A stretch of DNA of 64,000 bases from an uncultured Thermosynechococcus sp. (GTDB lineage: Bacteria; Cyanobacteriota; Cyanobacteriia; Thermosynechococcales; Thermosynechococcaceae), in the NCBI RefSeq assembly GCF_938074695.1, contig NZ_CALJEM010000055.1, positions 718 through 64,717 on the forward strand, written 5' to 3'. Shown in pieces: positions 61,894 through 64,000 of this stretch. The first letter of the stretch is position 1, and each line of letters opens with the position of its first letter. A program made the translations under genes and the position numbers. The notes under the pieces were generated by a model. It made no database searches and was not told where the DNA came from. It was given only the letters and a program-made list of their open reading frames with translations.

Positions 61894-62310
61894 GTGGGCT
61901 GGCGCGTCCGAGCAATTCGTGGAGCAACTACCGCCACTGAAAATTCAGTTCCAGCAATCCGTGAGGCAGTTTTGGAACTCCTCGGTGAGATTGAACGGCG
62001 TAATGCCCTCGATTTTTCAGAAGTCATCAGTGTTACTTTTTCTGTAACCCGTGACCTAGACCAGATTTTTCCGGCAGCGATCGCCCGGGAATGCCCCCAT
62101 TGGCGCAACATTCCCCTTCTCGATGTCCAGCAAATGCACGTGGAGGGAGGCTTACCCCGCTGTATCCGCTGCTTGATTTATTTCAACACCCCCAACCCCG
62201 ATCAACCGATTTACCATGCCTATTTGCGCCATGCCCAGAGCCTCCGCCCCGATTTGGCAATGCATGGCGACTATCATCCTCTCGAACTGTCCTCCCATTC
62301 CCTAGGTTAA
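61894..62310 (+). CDS. aroH: Chorismate mutase, AroH class
   Basis: VRAIRGATTATENSVPAIREAV...ISVTFSVTRDL is typical of monofunctional AroH-type chorismate mutase. Confidence 0.85.
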   Translation: MGWRVRAIRGATTATENSVPAIREAVLELLGEIERRNALDFSEVISVTFSVTRDLDQIFPAAIARECPHWRNIPLLDVQQMHVEGGLPRCIRCLIYFNTPNPDQPIYHAYLRHAQSLRPDLAMHGDYHPLELSSHSLG

Positions 62311-62312
62311 CT

Positions 62313-62783
62313 ATGCCCGCTCTTGTCCGTGACTACATGACCCCCACCCCCTTTACCATTCGTGCCGATGCGCCGATTTCTGAGGCGGTTCGCCTCATGG
62401 AAGAAAAACAAGTGCGCGGCCTTCCCGTGGTGGATGACCAAGGTAAACTAGTGGGATTGGTGTCTGAAGCTGACCTGATTGTACGGGAAGCGCCCCTAGA
62501 ACCCCCCTTGTACATCACGTTCCTAGGAAGCATCATTTACTTTGAGTCACCGGAGTCTTTTCATCAACACCTCAAGAAAACCCTGGGTCAACAGGTACAG
62601 GATGTGATGACGCCCCATCCCCACACCATCCACGTGGATGCGCCGATCTCCGAAGCGGCTCGCCTCATGGTCAATCATCACATCAGTCGCCTGCCGGTGT
62701 TGGATGACCAAGGGGAGCTGGTGGGCATTATTAGCCGCCATGATTTGTTGCGAGCCTTGCATACCCAAGAAACCTCTGCGTGA
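62313..62783 (+). CDS. CBS-domain pair protein
   Basis: The start is trimmed to ATG 62313. It has two CBS repeats (VRDYMTPTPFTI...GLPVVDDQGKLVGLVSEADL and VQDVMTPHPHTI...RLPVLDDQGELVGIISRHDL). Confidence 0.85.
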   Translation: MPALVRDYMTPTPFTIRADAPISEAVRLMEEKQVRGLPVVDDQGKLVGLVSEADLIVREAPLEPPLYITFLGSIIYFESPESFHQHLKKTLGQQVQDVMTPHPHTIHVDAPISEAARLMVNHHISRLPVLDDQGELVGIISRHDLLRALHTQETSA

Positions 62784-62879
62784 CGTTTGTCAAATTGGTC
62801 TGACACTAACTTTCAAGATTGGTGACTTCCCATAGAATAACCACAGGTTTGCTCGCGATCGCCTGAGGTTTCTTTGGTC

Positions 62880-64000
62880 ATGACCGCTTCCCTTGATTTG
62901 ATTTGGCAGCAGGCACGGCAGGGTCAAGCAGAGGCCATTGCCGATTTGATGAACCGCACGCTTCAGGCCAAGGGGGTGCGTGCCCTTGTGCGACGACGGG
63001 GCGACTGTTTACAGATTATGTTTGAAGCAGCGCGATCGCTCCCACCCCACGCCTGTGCTGCCTTTGTTTCCCGCGGTCTCAAGCAGTTAGCGCCCCAAGG
63101 AATTTTGCGTGTGCGGCTCCATGCTCGGCTAGTTGGCGAAGAATGGCCAGAATGGACACAGACCATTGACCTGCGGCAGACTCTGCTCACCACCCCCCTT
63201 GTTCAACCGCGGGCAAGCACAGATCATGCACCCCCTGTCACTGCTTCCTCCCCCCACGCAGTGAATGCCTTTGTCCTCGGTGTGCTGGCGATCGCCGGCA
63301 GTGGTACTCTGGCTCTGACGCTGCAAAATCAACTAAGGGTGGATGCGCCGCCCGTTGCCGAATCTAGCCCCGCCATTGCGCCGGTTTTGATTCCCCCTGC
63401 CCCTAGCGATCGCCGTTTGCGGATTAAAGCCGTTGGCGATATTGTCCTTGGCACCAATTTTCCCAGCAACCGCTTGCCTGCGGATCCGCAAAAGCTCTTT
63501 GCTGCTGTGAAACCCTATCTGCAGGGGGCCGATCTCCTCTTCGGCAACTACGAAGGTACCCTCACCGATTATCCCCATCCCTTCAAAAACACCAGTAGCG
63601 GTCGCAGTTTTGCCTTTCGCTCGCCGCCCAGTTATGCGCAGGTGTTGCGCCAGGCCGGTTTCCATGTCCTCAACATTGCCAACAATCATAGCTACGACTT
63701 TAATGAGCAGGGATTTCGCGATACGATTCGCCACATCAACGCGGCCGGCATGACTGCCATTGGGGATTTCAATCAAATTACCTACCTTGAAGCCAATGGC
63801 CTGAAAACAGCATTTATCGGCTTTGCCACCTACCATGGCCAGAACCGCATTCAAGACCTCAAAAGCAGTGCTGCCCTCGTTCAAAAAGCCAAGCAAAACG
63901 CGGATATTGTCATTGTCAGTTTCCATGGCGGTGCCGAAGGCAGCGATCAGATTCACACCCGCGATCGCAGGGAGTACTTCTACGGCGAAGACCGCGGCAA
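62880..64000 (+). CDS. CapA-family (PGA_cap metallophosphatase-like) protein, 3'-partial at the window edge
   Basis: It is absent from the ORF track because there is no stop in the window. I read ATG 62880 through 64000 with no in-frame stop. It has a TM (AFVLGVLAIAGSGTLAL), then AVGDIVLG...GNYEG...NIANNHSYDF...VSFHGGAEG. The antisense ORF 63333-63956 is therefore spurious. Confidence 0.8.
   Translation, partial: MTASLDLIWQQARQGQAEAIADLMNRTLQAKGVRALVRRRGDCLQIMFEAARSLPPHACAAFVSRGLKQLAPQGILRVRLHARLVGEEWPEWTQTIDLRQTLLTTPLVQPRASTDHAPPVTASSPHAVNAFVLGVLAIAGSGTLALTLQNQLRVDAPPVAESSPAIAPVLIPPAPSDRRLRIKAVGDIVLGTNFPSNRLPADPQKLFAAVKPYLQGADLLFGNYEGTLTDYPHPFKNTSSGRSFAFRSPPSYAQVLRQAGFHVLNIANNHSYDFNEQGFRDTIRHINAAGMTAIGDFNQITYLEANGLKTAFIGFATYHGQNRIQDLKSSAALVQKAKQNADIVIVSFHGGAEGSDQIHTRDRREYFYGEDRG

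Noticed and set aside
63333-63956. A 207-aa minus-strand ORF at the window end.
   Set aside because: It is antisense to the open-ended CapA-family gene (62880 to beyond 64000), which shows clear family motifs. It has no homology features of its own.

Overview
This window looks like ordinary core chromosome of a Thermosynechococcus-like thermophilic cyanobacterium. That is an inference from three things: dozens of GCGATCGC (HIP1) palindromes, a BLUF protein that closely matches my recollection of TePixD/Tll0078, and a Psb34-like small protein about 15 genes away from it. Nearly all of the window is coding. Main contents, in order:
- pilB-pilT-pilC, followed by a J-domain membrane protein and a DUF3143-like gene.
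- A cysteine desulfurase, a tRNA(CAU), ftrC and an MFS transporter.
- The complete minus-strand S10/spc/alpha ribosomal superoperon: rplC-rplD-rplW-rplB-rpsS-rplV-rpsC-rplP-rpmC-rpsQ-rplN-rplX-rplE-rpsH-rplF-rplR-rpsE-rplO-secY-adk-infA-rpmJ-rpsM-rpsK-rpoA-rplQ-truA-rplM-rpsI-rpmE. It runs without a break into aguA-aguB.
- tgt, pixD-DUF177-ycf46, murD, asd, ribH, thiG, tsaB and an SbcD-like nuclease.
- era, gmk, htrA, purM, murG, accC and speA.
- sppA, an AroH-class chorismate mutase, a CBS protein and a partial CapA-family gene that is absent from the ORF track because it runs off the window.

I found no rRNA genes, no CRISPR array and no obvious defence or secondary-metabolite island. The items worth a second look are:
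1. An unannotated element of about 360 nt, present twice in inverted orientation (44493-44854 and 57088-57446). It has conserved hairpins and strand-specific G.U-compatible substitutions. One copy forms the speA leader and the other overlaps the era stop codon.
2. An internally deleted IS200/IS605 (TnpB) remnant inserted in a Uma2-family gene.
3. A DUF1838-like gene interrupted by one in-frame TGA where Trp is expected.
4. A decayed coding region beside an orphan SbcD-like gene.
5. A methyltransferase gene fragment next to pixD.
6. A tsaB whose conserved N-terminus has no canonical start codon.

All function calls rest on reading the translations against remembered family motifs. No searches were run.
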